Assembly (NCBI GenBank): GCA_964035545.1
Contig: OZ037769.1
Coordinates: 8,227,929 to 8,291,928, forward strand
Length of the DNA: 64,000 nt
DNA from: Bugula neritina
Taxonomy: Eukaryota > Animalia > Bryozoa
Direction of reading: 5' to 3'
Part shown: positions 1-14,249 of the stretch, one piece after another
Layout: the number at the start of each line of letters is the position of its first letter
Numbering within the stretch: position 1 is the stretch's first letter
Made by a program: the position numbers and the translations under genes
The notes under the pieces: model-generated
The model's database searches: none
Told to the model about the DNA's origin: nothing
The model's input: only the letters and a program-made list of their open reading frames with translations

Positions 1-2191
1 AATATCACATTTATTTCAGGAAAAAATATTATAATATGGATTAAAAAGCAAGTATATTTTTAGTCACTCACCCAGTCAGCTCAACAGATCAAACAATAAA
101 CAGCAAGACTCTCAGTGTCACAAACAATGATGAGACAAGCTAATATTCAGCCCTTCCTATACCACCACTAATTTATATGTTTTGTCCAGCAGCAAGACAA
201 CTGTTGCAGTAGTTTTTTGGCAGCTTTCCAAAAATCATTGTGTAACGAAAGCTATTTGTGAAAGTTTTTGCGATAGCTATTTACTGACAGTTTTTGTTCG
301 ATGAGTCAGTGTGGCTCAATTTTCCTTCTGCTAAAGATGCAGGCAATCTATACTTAATTGTTAAAATAATTGTAAGTATCAAGTATTATATTATCTTTTG
401 TTTTAAACTTCATTAACTAAATATTTTGTCAGCTATGTAATTAAGGTTAAGTTGACAATATGTTTGTAGTTTTCATGGTTATAGGTTACAGTATGAGTAT
501 GAGTCTAAGTATGAATATGTGAGCTCAAGTCTAAGTCTAACTTAGAAAATATACTGTTAGCAATAGACAAAAATAGAGTTGTGGCCTGCTTCTGTGTCCT
601 CCATCCATTCACCCTTCATTAAGTGAATCACAATACATAGGCATCCGTGCCAAACAGCACCCGTGCTGACGCAGCAACAATTATCAGCTGATACAGTAAC
701 CATTATCGGCTGTCACAGTAACAATTATTGAGATATGAAGTATACCAACTACTTTGTAAGCTAGAGTGGCAATCACGACAGCACCCTATAGCTATCAGTA
801 TATCTATTATCCTATACCACTATAGAAGTCGTAGAGAACTTCGGGTCAATCAGTGGTAATGGGCTTTGTATTGAGTTATATAGAAATGGTCATCAATGTT
901 CGCCTAACGAGGCGCAATCGTTATGAGTAATTGATTGGCTGTAGCTACAGCCAGTTTAATTTCATTGGCTAGGTGATGATTATAGCAATTAGAACAAGTG
1001 GTGGATAAAGTTAGGGGTGATATCAATACAGATATTCTTAGCAGTAACTGTATTTTGAAAAAATATTTTCTTCCAAAATATTTCAAAAGCTATGAGTTAT
1101 GAATAAAAATTAACAAAATTTATCACTTTTGAATGAAAAATCTTAATAGATGCAGGTCTGACTTTTTGATATAAATCCACTCCTTTTAGACTTTGTTCTA
1201 GAGAAAGGCTCATATCACTGTATCTATTGGATAAGAACTTGGTCTTATAGTTTTACTTGAAGCATAATTGTCTTCTCACTCTATTTCAATTCATATATGT
1301 TTATAACTCCTTGAATCTATCTGCATGATTAAAACATAATTGTCTTCTCATTAAATAATAGTTTTGCAGACTGAATGCCACCATAATTCATACACTCTTG
1401 TAAAAAATTAAAATGTTATAACAGTTTTTGGTTTATTAATATAAACTCTCAAACTCTTTTATATAAAAAAACAATTTTCAAGCTGATGAGAGAAAATATA
1501 ATTTTAAGAAATATATATATATAAATAATTTTTGGCATATGAATAAATGTAAAACAATATTGCATATGGAAAGCTTTATAATGCCCAAAATTGAATTTCA
1601 ATAGTAATTTATTTGCTTGTAAACATTAATTCTTTTCTTGTTTTACTATACTTTTACCAGTTGTACAGGCACATGTAACCATTCTATTTCACACCTATAG
1701 ATGCACATATAAATTATTACGTAGAATTTAGAAAATGAGCAAATGGCACAGATGAAAATTGAGTCGACCTATAATTTTTGACATTTTAGTATATATCTGT
1801 AACCCATTGAAATACAACACTATAGTAAAATTTGTTTCACATTTGAGTTAAAATCTTGCATTCATGCATGCTATTTAAAATATATGAATATAATTTAATA
1901 TTTTTGATTAGTAGTAACTATACATGTGCAGCATTTTTTGCTATGCTATGCAATTTATTATCACATACCATTTATTTGCAATAAAATAACTTATAACACT
2001 TTTTTATTATATAGAATATTATTTTTTAGCCTGCACTTGCATAACAAACTCTTGTGACTATGTCGCCATGCCATACGCCATGCATATAAACTAACACAAT
2101 TCATGGCACATATCGATCTCAGTATGTGCCATGTTGTGTTCTTGCACAGACATCCACACGCATGCGTGAACATAAACATGAGCAAGCATAT

Positions 2192-2390
2192 ATACTTCTC
2201 TATTGCTCTTATAAAAATTACAGCTTATTCAATTGTTGAAATATTTACAGTTAATAATTAAAGGGGCGAGCCCACCATCTGTTGTTTAGCCTCAGCATCA
2301 CAACTCTATAAAGGCTGCTAATTCACTAAATACCATTTAGAGAATTAGCTGCCCCTATAATAGAGTTGTAATATGCTGAGGCTAAACAAC
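2192..2390. repeat. Foldback (palindromic) MITE-like repeat: full left arm plus partial right arm
   Basis: 2281-2390 is an imperfect hairpin centred near 2333 (GTTGTTTAGCCTCAGCAT...ATGCTGAGGCTAAACAAC). 2192-2335 is the near-identical reverse complement of 5749-5890. Confidence 0.75.
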
Positions 2391-4333
2391 ATTTGCAAAG
2401 ATTTAACTTAAAATACATGTTGGCAACCACATACAAGTATTGGCAGATACAAAAAAAACATTGAGCAACATATGCTTTTAGGAGTTGCATTATCAACTTC
2501 TTCCTCAACATCATTAAAAATATATCATCGAAAGAAGACAATTTTGGCTTTGTGTTTTCTATATGTTTATTATTGTTATAGGTCCTTATAGATACACGCA
2601 CACACACACACACGTCTATATACATATATATAATATATTAATAAATAATCTAATACAATATAAGCATGATTTATTATTTTTAAAACTTTTTTCCTTGAAC
2701 TGCTATAGATGCATTTTTTGACTGATGGTTACTGCAATTTCAAAGTTAACAGATAAAGCATGTTCGAGTATTCTAGTGTTCTAGTATAATATACTAGAAC
2801 ATATACATGAACATATTATGTTCATGTTGAAACGTAGCAAAAGAGTTTATGTTTTCACAAGAATTTATATGAGCAACGTAAACTAGAACTTATTAGGCAA
2901 GCTCAGTTTTATTATTTATAGTTACTGCATGCACCTAAATGGTGACACTTAGAATATAATATATTCAAAGCATGAAATTATCTCAACTGACCATTCAATC
3001 CTTTTTATTGCAGTTTGTATATGAATTTTAACAGCATTCTAGCTCAAAGCTTATGTTGATCAATTTAATTCACAGTTAGTTTGAGGTCGTGCTTTTCAGT
3101 TTCTGGCTGTTTGCCAGGTGCTTTACGTTCTATATGAACAATGTTCCACTGATACTCTATATTCCAACCTGCTGCCTAGCTAGTTCTATTTTCTTATCAT
3201 AATCTTTGATGCGTAATTACAGAATTGGTGTGATACATTTTTTTGGCAACCATCAGAGTTATTAAATACAGTAATGGTACCTATAATAATATATTATTAT
3301 CATTATAATATATTATAATATATAGTATCATGTGTTTTTTATCATATTGCGCATAATATATATTTTATTATTGTTGTTGCGCAAACAAGTGCAATTAACC
3401 TAGTTTTTAAAATGTACCTCTAAATTATCAGAATATTAGTTTAAATATTTTCATAGTTTGTTAGGTAAACCTAAAAAAAGAGGCTGTATTCCCAAAGTAA
3501 AGGGTGTTGAAATATGAACTATATTAGATTAGCCACTCTGCTACCAAGTGCATCAGTATAATATATGGCTAGCTGTAATGCTTTGTCTCCTGTGGCTGGC
3601 TGTGATCTGTTAACTTGGCCAACTTCCAAGAGTTTAAAATTGGGCAATTATTCAAGAGGTTAGTTATATACACACTGCAGAGAGCCAGCACGTGGTCATA
3701 CTAACCTTGCTATTATCAGTACTTATTATATACAACTGCCAGTTGGGGTAGGCTACCAACACCAAATTTTGCTCCATAATATACCTTAAACACAATGCAA
3801 CAACATAATTTTTAGTTTCAAATTACATTGCCACCCTTACAGGAGCTGTGGGCTTCATAAACATTCATATGATTAGAGAGTTATGCTATAGGCCCTATAA
3901 CTGTGCTAGTCTATGAAGAAAAAACACACCATTGTCAAAGTTTACTTCAAGTATGTTGTTTTCCAAAAACTCAGTTTTGTCCATCACTCTTTTGCATACA
4001 AATACTTATGTAATAACATACAGTTCAAGTTTTATTTTGGAGCACATCTGCAAACTCTACAATAATAGGCAAGAGCATGCTTTACCAGTCTATTTCAGAC
4101 CTGTTTTTGTAGCTAGTAATATGCAAGCTATACTTATTTTTTAACTTTTGGGTTATTTGTTCAAAACCATTAGCTTTGCTAGTAACCCGAGACTATTGCA
4201 ACAGTTTATGAAAATAGCTAGCCACTGCTATAGTCAACATTAATTGACAGCCTAATAATTAAAACCCATATTTTGAGGCTCCAAATATTTATGTAATGAT
4301 AGTTTCTAATATAGTGCTCATACTATTCATGAT

Positions 4334-4404
4334 GGCTGTGTGGTCCAGAGGTTAAAGGCGCCAGTGATGTGTTTGTTGGTGGTGGTTCAACCCTACTCTG
4401 TGGC
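4334..4404 (+). other. Degenerate tRNA-like sequence (A/B boxes), probable SINE head or tRNA pseudogene
   Basis: TGGTCCAGAGG A-box-like and GGTTCAACCC B-box-like motifs, followed by a T run. The cloverleaf is poor. Confidence 0.4.
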
Positions 4405-5748
4405 AAATTTTTTTGTCAACTTATGCAAATCCTACTCATGCATAATAAATATGGCTATTTTGAAATATTATTATTCAACAGGAGGACAACATACATGCAT
4501 ACTAATTAGTTACTGAACACTGCATGGGCTAAACCTTAAATTGATTTTATGGAATACAATGTACATAAATGAATTATATGTGAGTTAGAGAAACTGAAAG
4601 TGCACCTGCTGCACTATAGACAGACCTTTACTGACAAGACTGCAAAGTGAAGTGAGGTGATTTAGCTGAAATTAACTCTGCCAAACAAACGAAGAACTAT
4701 GTTTTGCTGAGGCATTTTCAACAGATTGTAACATGGTGAGAAGATACAACTAACTGCTAATGTAAAATAGGGTACATTACATTGGCAGATATCCAATATA
4801 TTGCCAATTTGTGCGAGAGGGTACTATATGTTATTGTGATAGCGCACAGAGCAGCAAACGTACTAGGAACGTTATAATTAGTCACAGGAGCGTAACTAGA
4901 ACCACTATATGAAGAATTTAGATAATTGCAGTGAAACCTGAAAAATGGTGTACGTTTTGACCAAATTGTGAAGAGCATAAACATAATTTCGAAAAACAAA
5001 GAAAGATATTAGAGAAAACATATCAAGGAATGTCAAGTTTGAATTTCATCATTAAAATAGGAATTAGATATCATATTATGTGCAAACTTTCATAATTGTA
5101 AGCTGATCACTGTAGCACTTCGAGTATTCATGACTTTCATCATTCCAAAGCCATCCACTATAGCAAATTTATGTTCTGAAACCTACTAGCAGTTGCTGGC
5201 ATGGGCTACTTGTTTGTGTTACTCAAGTGATAAGAGCATTGTGTGAACTAATTAACAGCTATGTGCAATTCCTATTCAGATTTTATTACCAACACTTGTT
5301 GCTGCTATTATCATTTGCGGTTGCTTCATTAAATAGGTTGTCTGGAAATTCACTTATTACTAGTAAGTATGTACATGCTATAACTGGGAGAACTAGTATA
5401 TCTTCATACAGCAATTATATTATGGCTGGCCAAGCATTGATCAACCTTTATCAACAGCTCCTCAATTTCTGCAAGTGCACATCAAAATGTACATCACAAA
5501 TCAATGTTTTATAAACTAAAATGTCAAAGCACATTAGCGTCAGAGTTCATGCTGCAGTGGGTTACCAACATGTAAACTGGGCAAGTGGCTGAGCCAGCAG
5601 TTTATAATATCAGTATATTCATTATGCTTTGAACTATAAAATCTTAGCTAGAACTTTATTATAGCTCTTCGACTTTAAAAAATTCAAGCTGCATATATTA
5701 AACTAAGATGTGGTCATACCAGTTATGTAAACATAAACTAGAATAACC

Positions 5749-5890
5749 TGGTATTTAGTGAATTAGCAGCCTCTATAGAGTTATGATGCTGAGGCTAAAC
5801 AACGGATGATGGGCTCGCCCCTTTAATTATTAACTGTAAATATTTCAACAATTAAAAGCTGTAATTTTTATAAGAGCAATAGAGAAGTAT
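5749..5890. repeat. Right arm of the same foldback repeat as 2192-2335, inverted
   Basis: ~142 bp reverse-complement match to 2192-2335, starting at the palindrome centre. Confidence 0.8.
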
Positions 5891-8441
5891 TAAATAAGAC
5901 AATCAGCATGAATCTCACAAATCCTTTATTCAGTGACTGAGAATAATTTGTATAATAATTATTTGCTGTGAAAGATTCAAGCACTTAGAATGCTTAGGTT
6001 CAAAGTTAGTGTCATTTCCTGAGGCAAGTGAAGTGATATGAAAATTGAGAAAAACATGTATTATACAGGTTATAAACTTAGCAAGAAAAGTTATGTTATT
6101 GCGATAATTAGGAAAATTAAAGACCTTAGTCTATCTCAATTTCTCCACTAATGCATCTACATATCAGCCGATTTCTTCACCACTTATCAGGAGCAAACTG
6201 GGAGGCAGACCAAGATATCTACAATAGTAAAAATAACATGGGGAATTAGGAATTTATATGTACAGCTTTTCTGAAACAACTTGTTTCTATACCAGAAATC
6301 GATTGACAATGACCATTAAAGCAGTAATTAGTGAAACTGAAAAACCTCAAAACAAAAATTTCATAAAAAACATAACACTTGTGGTAGAACTATGAGTACT
6401 AGTAGATGAGACTACAACAAAACTTTACTTTTTAGCACAATGGCTGGTATTTTATGTAATGAATCTGCAAAAGCAAATATCCAAATTATTGTATGAGCTA
6501 TGTACAATGAAGGGAGAGTAGACAGTCTTCTATGTGGCAGTAAGTTGGGGGTTAATGGGGTTGACCAGCAGTGAGGAACACCTTGAATGGCAATAAAGAC
6601 TGTAGGTCAGAGCATATTGATAGGTTGTAAACATAAATTTACATCAGAGGTTACTTGCTGCAACATAATGACATCGTAATATGAACCTGGTTTTTACCAC
6701 TATTGTGAATTTGTCAATGCACTAACTTGAGTGGATGTTTACATGATCTAAATGCAGAATTGCACTAAATAACCCCTAGAAATGATCTGGTACGTTCCTG
6801 GTAAACCTAACAAATAAATATTTAGACATGACATTCCTAAAATGTTGCAAATTGGAGTTTTGAAGTCAATCTCAAATCCTAAAACACCAAAAATGCAACA
6901 CCTAATAAAACGCTTACAAAAAGCGAAAATAATGTATATAATTGGCTGCTTGTGACACATTATTAAAAGAATAATTCATTTCCAAATGCTAATTTACATT
7001 TTCAATGGGGTTATATAGGTGATTTCAGACCTGTACTAAAAAGTCTATCACAGCAGCATATTGTTAAATTGGAGCAGATGTGAAAAAACTAAGTATTTTC
7101 ACTAAATATGATTGATGTTATACACTAAGTTTCCAAGCATTGCATTTCCAAATTGATTTTTCATTAAATGTTTGGAAAGATGAGACCCCAACCATAAGTA
7201 AATGCAAACCACAAGCACAAGTCCATATGTATGAGCATCCATTCCCATAATGCAAAGTAATCAAAATGGAATGATAATAAGTTTAAAACCTTGCACCATT
7301 ATCATGTAGCCAGTTTACCTGAACTGGTGTAGAAAACCTTTGTGCTAACCTCTTCTATGCTATAATTCAAATATCGGAGCTCTTAGTTTTCCTGGTGAAA
7401 GATGGATCGGGCAACTTTCCTTCAACACTAAAAAGAAATAATAGTACATGAGAATATTATACACTAACCATTAAAATGAAAATCAAAAATACCAAATAAT
7501 TATGAATTATGAAGTTTTTGGGAAAATACAAACAAGATCAGCCAACATTAAATATGAATTAGCCACCTTTAGGGTCAAAACAATTATCAACAAGCTATGA
7601 AGCCCTTTATCAAACTATAAACAATGAACCAATGGCTGCCAGGTCTGCTTTCTACATTGAAACAGATTTTTAAGTTTCTGGCAATATGACCAACAAGTTT
7701 TGCAGAGTCTGAGATGGTTGGGCCAAGTGTACAGAATGGGAAGCAGTTGGTGACCAAGACAGCTGCTTTACTCTCAGTTGAAAAATGAAGAAAGAAATAG
7801 GAGAGGCAGAGAGAGACCTAGCAATATCAAAATTAGCTATACATGCTGAGTCTCTGCCACTTGCTACTGTAGTATTTTGACGATATTGCGTACCATTATA
7901 ATAATTTACTACTATTTTTGTAAAGTCATTTGATGCAAAATTAACAAGTGACTAAAAATAATACATGAAACACAACATGATACATTTACAGCATTGAACT
8001 CAAATAATTCAAAACCTACACTGAATAATTGTTCAACTAACATCACATGAAAATATGTGTCTATTCCTACATATTTTCAGCTGGTTTTAATGCATGGTTG
8101 CCTCTTCAGCATTACACCAGAGAGCAGCATTTTGCGATAGCCTCTGGAATTGTTAATCGGAATTTAAATTTAGTGAACACAAAACAATAGATTACGTACT
8201 ACAATGGTGCTCACTACAGATTAGACATCTGCTCAAGTAGATATTGGAGATTTTAAGTTTTTCATAGCATTTAACACCTACCCACACTTTCTGAGCTTCA
8301 AATTTGTACAACATTTTTTTTCCCTCTAGTTTCATGGTTCTTTTGACAGTCTATTAGCGGTTAGCAAACAGACTAAAAAGAACCGATCTTCATTTCCAAT
8401 AGTCTAAAATATAATACAAATAGATATAAATTTCATTACAA

Positions 8442-8545
8442 GGAGCAGCTGTGGCCTAGGGGTTAGAAATCTGGTTTAGTAAGCCAGTAGTCATGGGTTC
8501 ACTGCCCAGTAAAAGCCATCTTTGATGTTAAGCATCCACATCCAG
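8442..8545 (+). mobile_element. tRNA-derived SINE, diverged 5' part
   Basis: GGAGCAGCTGTGGCCTAGGGGTTAG...GGGTTCAC...GATGTTAAGCATCCA matches the head of the SINE at 35049. Confidence 0.7.
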
Positions 8546-10479
8546 TAAAACTGTGCAGGGGAGTAATAAATTATGCTAACTTCTTTTAGCATGCAAATTT
8601 ACGATTATAAAAAGCTTATAAATGAATGCTACATTTTAACAGTCAACAAATAGTAAATGAACAAATGTGTTCGAAAGCATTAAAAACTAATAACATTAAC
8701 CCTGCCATCCAATACTGCCAAAAACTTTAGACTAGAGAACAAGCGTTTCATGCTTAAAGTTGGAGAATGATGCTGTAAGGTGCTGATGTGTAACAAATAA
8801 CTGAAGGTCACGAATACTTTTCCTTGGGGAGTTAGTGGCCACAGCCTGAGTTTAGGAAAATTTTCACTCACTTGAACAAGTGTCCATGAGCATAGCTCAC
8901 AATAAGGAGAATCACCGTTTCAGTGCGCCCTAGAAAAAATATAGTGTCAATATATGAAATTGTGAGAAGCAAATTATAACAATAGCTAAATAAGGCAAAA
9001 ATGTTAAGAAATTATATGTATACTCTAGAAGTTATCATGTAACAGATAAATGCATAATTGACAACTGATTGAATAAACATAGATGACCAATAATTTCACT
9101 TCACTTAAATATAATATAAAACACTAGCGATTATTTGAAACACAAATGACCCAAATATTTTTTAGAATTTGATTGGACAATTTGAATAATTTACCATTGA
9201 TTATAAAGATGACCTTAAGGGTGTAAGCTACAAATTTTTCAACCATCGTATTGTTACACAATTGGCAAGTTGATGGGAGTGGAGACAGCCTTTCACCTAA
9301 AACATAGATTACAAGCTAAAACAGTGTTTTAGCTTAAAACAACAAATTATAAATTGTTGGGTATAAAAAATGCAAAATAATAGTAACAATTGGTGATGGC
9401 TGGTTAATTAAAATAAAAGTTACTAAAAATTACCTACTAATCAAGAGTTTCCTAGTTTCTATGCCAGTAATTGTATTCCTATGAAGAATTGATCGGATTT
9501 TGTCCCATTTAACTGAGGTAGCCTCTATATATGTTGGTGCTCTTTGAGGCTGCCGGGCATACTGCTCAAGGAGTTCTAACAATTGTTGAACATCTGAAAA
9601 CATAAACAACCTTAAATTGTAGTAAAAAAATTAGCATATATATATGCTTATACATACATAGACAAGGGTAAGGTGTCTGACAGTATTTTGAAAGTGATGT
9701 AAAGAAGTTGTATGTACAATTCATTACATTCCATGAGCCATAAATACATGAATATCATCAGGTGCTTATTGGCTGTAAAAAGCCTAATTTGGACTTAATA
9801 CTATTTATTCGTGTTTTTACAAGTTGATTAGGTGGCTAAAACACAAAATTAGGTAGGAAACTTTACGTTCACGCAATTACGTTCACGCAATAATTTTTCA
9901 TTTTCGCCATTTACAGTACTACAACATATAGGATCATTGTGTGATGGTTTAGGGTGTTGTTTATCAAAATCTAAAATGAACATATCAAAATTGTGCAGCA
10001 AAAATTGTGCCAGTACAAAGACAACATTTATGTATTCACCAGAACTTTGCTTTAGAATAGATGTAAAAATAACCTGTCAATTGCTCTGAGGCAGCTTTTT
10101 TCAACTCATCACTGTATTCTTTCAGCTTGGTCAAACAGATTTGTGACAATTCTAAAAGATTGAACAAATTCAATATTGTGTATGAAGAAAACTGATTAAA
10201 AACCAAGCTACAAAACTCATCATAGTTAGTATAACATGCACTTACTTTCTTGACGTCTTTTCAATCATCGTTTTTCAAGTTGCAAATTGTTTCAGTACCA
10301 TTTTTGATTTTATCTTCCTCGATACCTTTTTCTGCCAAAGCCTCAAGTCGGGATAAACAGACTGAATAGCTTTATTCATCGTTATCCATGGTCTATAAAT
10401 CATTATAAACAAATATTTTCAACTTGTTAATGGTTATGCATATATTTTTATTTTTATATTTTGAGAATGACCATTATGA

Positions 10480-13050
10480 ACATCTTATTTTCAACTATGA
10501 CTAGGACACTCATAGTAATAGTGAACCCTAATTATCTATACATCAATATTGTTCACTACATTCTTAACAGTTAAATACATATAATAATATTGAGAAACAT
10601 AATATACCCCTTGTTAATTAGCTATATGCAATTTCACCAGCTCCAGGCTAGGATTCCAATTCATTGCAAAACTTCTTTTTATTACTATTGCGTCGATTAT
10701 AAGTGAGTAAATACTTATAGTTATACTCATAGTGTTTTCATCAAGACTGAACCTAAATTGTAGTTAGTTAGTCACTCACACTGGGTAACTTTTAAATTTA
10801 TTGCATTATGATTATAATTATTGGAACAGAAAACAACTAAGTTCCAAATTGAAAGAGAAAGAATCAGTACTGTGAGTGATTATAACTAAATATAAGTTAA
10901 CGGACTGAGACTACCATTAGATTTTTCTTAGTAAACAAACGCATAATCAATTAATAATGAAATATAACTTGATACCAACTCATAGTGATAGTCATATAAA
11001 TGATCTATTACAGCATTAGATTAGACTTACTCTTACTACCTACTGGTAATACTAATTGAGTAATCAGTAATAGTAATAACTAACTATTAGTATTAAGGTA
11101 TTAGACATCAGCACTACTAGTAGGCCTACTAGTACTACTACTAGTACTAGTACTACTACTACTAGTACTACTACTGTACTAGTAGTAATAATAATTTATA
11201 TCAAAAATGAGCACATTGTTTTACTAATGATATTATCAACCTAATAGCAATAGTACCAACCTGATTCGTAATGGGTTTTCTTGAAGAATGGAACTAGATT
11301 GTAATTACTAACATGTGTATACATACTAAATTAGTCTCTAATAATATATTAGTATGAAACTTATGATTATCGCCCCATTTGCGGAGCAGTCAGGCCGAAT
11401 TTACTATGAACACAAGAGGCGAGTAAGCTTGCGCAGATAAATTACTGGCCACTATGGTAGACTAGACCTGTTTTGACCGAATATCGGTTTTACTTGAACC
11501 TCGCCCCAAGGTCCAATGCCTAATCGGAGCCCGCTGCTCCTTTGGTCAAATGACTCAAAGATCCAATTTCAATTTGGAATACCGTAGGCGTACTCAAACT
11601 TCTAGGCTAGGGCATATGTGTAGTTATTATTGAAAAATAGATTAATAATTAGTAATCCTACTACTAATAGTAATACTAATACGAATGCACTAATGGTAAT
11701 AGTTATAATGTCACGATTAGACATAACATTTGCTCTTACTCTTACTCTAACTCTTAGTTATAATAATTATAATAATTATAATCATATTATTATTTATAAA
11801 TATGAATATCACTCTCACTCTGATTTCCGTCTAAGTCTATCAGTATCACTATCAGTATCACTGCCAGTATAGCTATAACTATAAGTATCACTCAATCAGT
11901 TTCATTATGACTATGATAAAATCATAAAATGATAAATAATTCACTGATACTGATAGTGATAGTCAAAGTCATAGTGATAACAGTTACTGATTAGACTTAG
12001 AGTGATATTAAATTAGTAATCAGCATAGATGTGAGTATAACTATCACTGTAGTACTCTTAATCATAATCATAATGATTATGATAATCATAATGGTAGTGA
12101 TATGAGTATCACTATCAGTATCAGTATGGGACCAACTAATACTAATAGTAATAGTGATAGTATCAAATTGAAATTAATCAATAGTAAATATAGTTATACT
12201 TAAACTTAAAGACTTATACTTATAGTAGACGTAGTAATACTAATAGTTATACTTATAGTATTAGAACCTTATACTATGTCTATAGTCTATGACGGTATGA
12301 CATACCCATAAATGGTCATGGTGATGTCTAAGTCCTACTTCAAAGTAGCAGTTAAACTTAAAGTTTGATATTCTACTCTGTATCATACACCTTACATGTG
12401 ATGCTGAGTATCATTATGATTATCACTTTAGGCTTATGAGTATCACTTTCAGTAAGATACTCATACTGTGACTATGAGTTATACTTATAGTCATACCCCG
12501 ATACCCATACTTCTACTTCTAGTGATCTACTCCTACTCCTAGTTCTACGGGCAAGGCTACTCACTCATATTCATAGTCATAGTAACTGATAGTGGTGTAA
12601 CCTAAACTAATACAATAACCAATGCCAAAAGACAAGGTAAAGTTAAAATTAAAAGTAGAAACCTAAGGGTCATAAATCATATATGTAATGGTGTTTTAGT
12701 TTATGTTTGCTTATGCTCATTTTATGTTTATGCTACCTAGTACCAACTCATCAGTAACTTAGTTTTATAATGATAATTATACTTATACTTATAGCCTACG
12801 CCCTATAGCTTATTTAATTTTGACTCTACCTTGCCCTTTGGCATTGATTTAGTTTTGATTAAATTGTTATATTTAATGTTTTTCATGAACTTTATGAAGT
12901 TTTATTGATAAGTTATCATATAGTAATACTAATAGTAATAGTGATAATTGTATCATAATGATGATATTGATATATAAAATATTATGACCATCAATGTATC
13001 ACTGTGAATGTAATAATTTTTATATAAGTAAATTAATTTACTATTAAATA
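10480..13050. repeat. Cryptic low-complexity domain of ANT-type triplets/hexamers (ACT, AGT, AGTGAT, ATCACT, ACTATC)
   Basis: Persistent period-3/6 degenerate motif on both sides of the GC island. Pure (ACT/AGT)n core at about 11110-11190. Confidence 0.7.
11368..11615. promoter_or_regulatory. GC/CpG-retaining island, candidate promoter (possibly bidirectional)
   Basis: ~250 bp with many CpGs in otherwise CpG-poor DNA, upstream of the minus-strand KDZ exons. Minus-strand splice-donor-like sites near 11260 and 10780. Confidence 0.4.
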
Positions 13051-13051
13051 A

Positions 13052-13180
13052 AACTTGTGCAAGTTTATAGTTGACATCCCTGTGAGAAACCCCTGATGGG
13101 AAAGGTTTTTTTGTTAAATGGGGCTAAGGAATTATTTATTTGGAGCATAGGAGCAATTATGACTGGATGCTTTTCCTAAC
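13052..13180 (-). mobile_element. tRNA-derived SINE, 3' part
   Basis: Reverse complement of the 35135-35260 part of the SINE (GTTAGGAAAAGCATCCA...CTTTCCCATCAGGGGTTTCTCACAGGGAT). Confidence 0.75.
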
Positions 13181-14249
13181 AAATGACAGTAATGAAAAAT
13201 TGAATATGATTGTTATCTAATCATTATGTGAGGTTAACTTTTATGTTAGGTATCTCAATAGCACGAGCATACAATTCAATCATCCCCATGTTGGCTGTGA
13301 TTTTCTTAATCATACTTATTAAGTTTGCAGTTTTTGATATTTGATGGATATAGTATTCATAATAAAAGTCACTTAAATTTGATGGTAATATTGATCAATA
13401 AATTTCAAGTACACTGACTAAATCTAATGATTAGTTGTAATGAAACTAACGACACTCAAACTGATTTGCCTCAAGACTGAACTATGTTTTCTAAGTGATG
13501 AAAGACTAAGATTAAGTTTAATAATAGGGCAGTAGTACATTTGACTAGAAGTATAAGCTAAAGTATACAACCATAAGTAAGTAACCATGATGTTATCTCG
13601 ACCAACGCAATCTCAATACTTATACCTGATTTATTGATAATTTTACCATATATTTGAGTATGCGTATGTAACTGTATCAATATGATGAAACTTATACAGT
13701 TATGCACATAGTGATAGTGAAAGTATCTAAAACTGTTGCAAAATCCAACTTTATTCAAAACTTTGCTACAAATACTTGAGTTTTAATTTTAAGGTTGATC
13801 ATAAAAAGTTAAAATTATTGTGAATAAATTTATTTTAACTGTTCATTTTGCTTCAAAATTATCTTTTAATTCAATGAAGTTTTAATGAATATTAATTTAT
13901 TTATATTTTAACAAGTCACTGTTTTAATTAATATAGGTATAAGTTTAGGTATCTATTAACTTTAACCATCATTACATTCATCATTTTTAGTTTTTATGCC
14001 AATTGCTAAATTATAATACCCATACTGATATCACCACTATTGAATTATTTTTCTCATTCACCTATGTTTGTAATACGGTTATTGCTTGTTAGTTAGTAGC
14101 ATATATAACAACTATAGTAATGGCTATAACTACAAGCATATTTAATATGCTAAGGTATATTGAGAGATTGTCATAAATATCTCAGTGATCATATGCATGA
14201 TACCCTTAGCATTCATGTCTTGAACATCTAGCCATGGATCCCTTTATAT

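Larger units (their letters stand above)
5290..10392 (-). pseudogene. Decayed multi-exon KDZ (Kyakuja-Dileera-Zisupton)-type transposase gene with a CxC3-like region
   Basis: GT-AG exons at 10392-10246, 10151-10074, 9593-9434, 8929-8701, 7427-7319, 6218-6125 and ~5469-5290. Translation SPYCELCSWT...LRLWPLTPQGKVFVTFSYLLHISTLQHHSPTLSMKRLFSSL...GR/VEGKLPDPSFTR resembles the CxC3 segment of animal KDZ elements. Faint remnants at 7030-7250 recall the KDZ MHAxxH and GExxEQxxS motifs. Several stops and frameshifts. Confidence 0.6.

Noticed and set aside
660-730. CRISPR-like short repeats (also considered for the 21-bp units at 29073/59507 and the 61338 array)
   Set aside because: Head-to-tail minisatellites without unique spacers, in a eukaryotic context with no cas genes.
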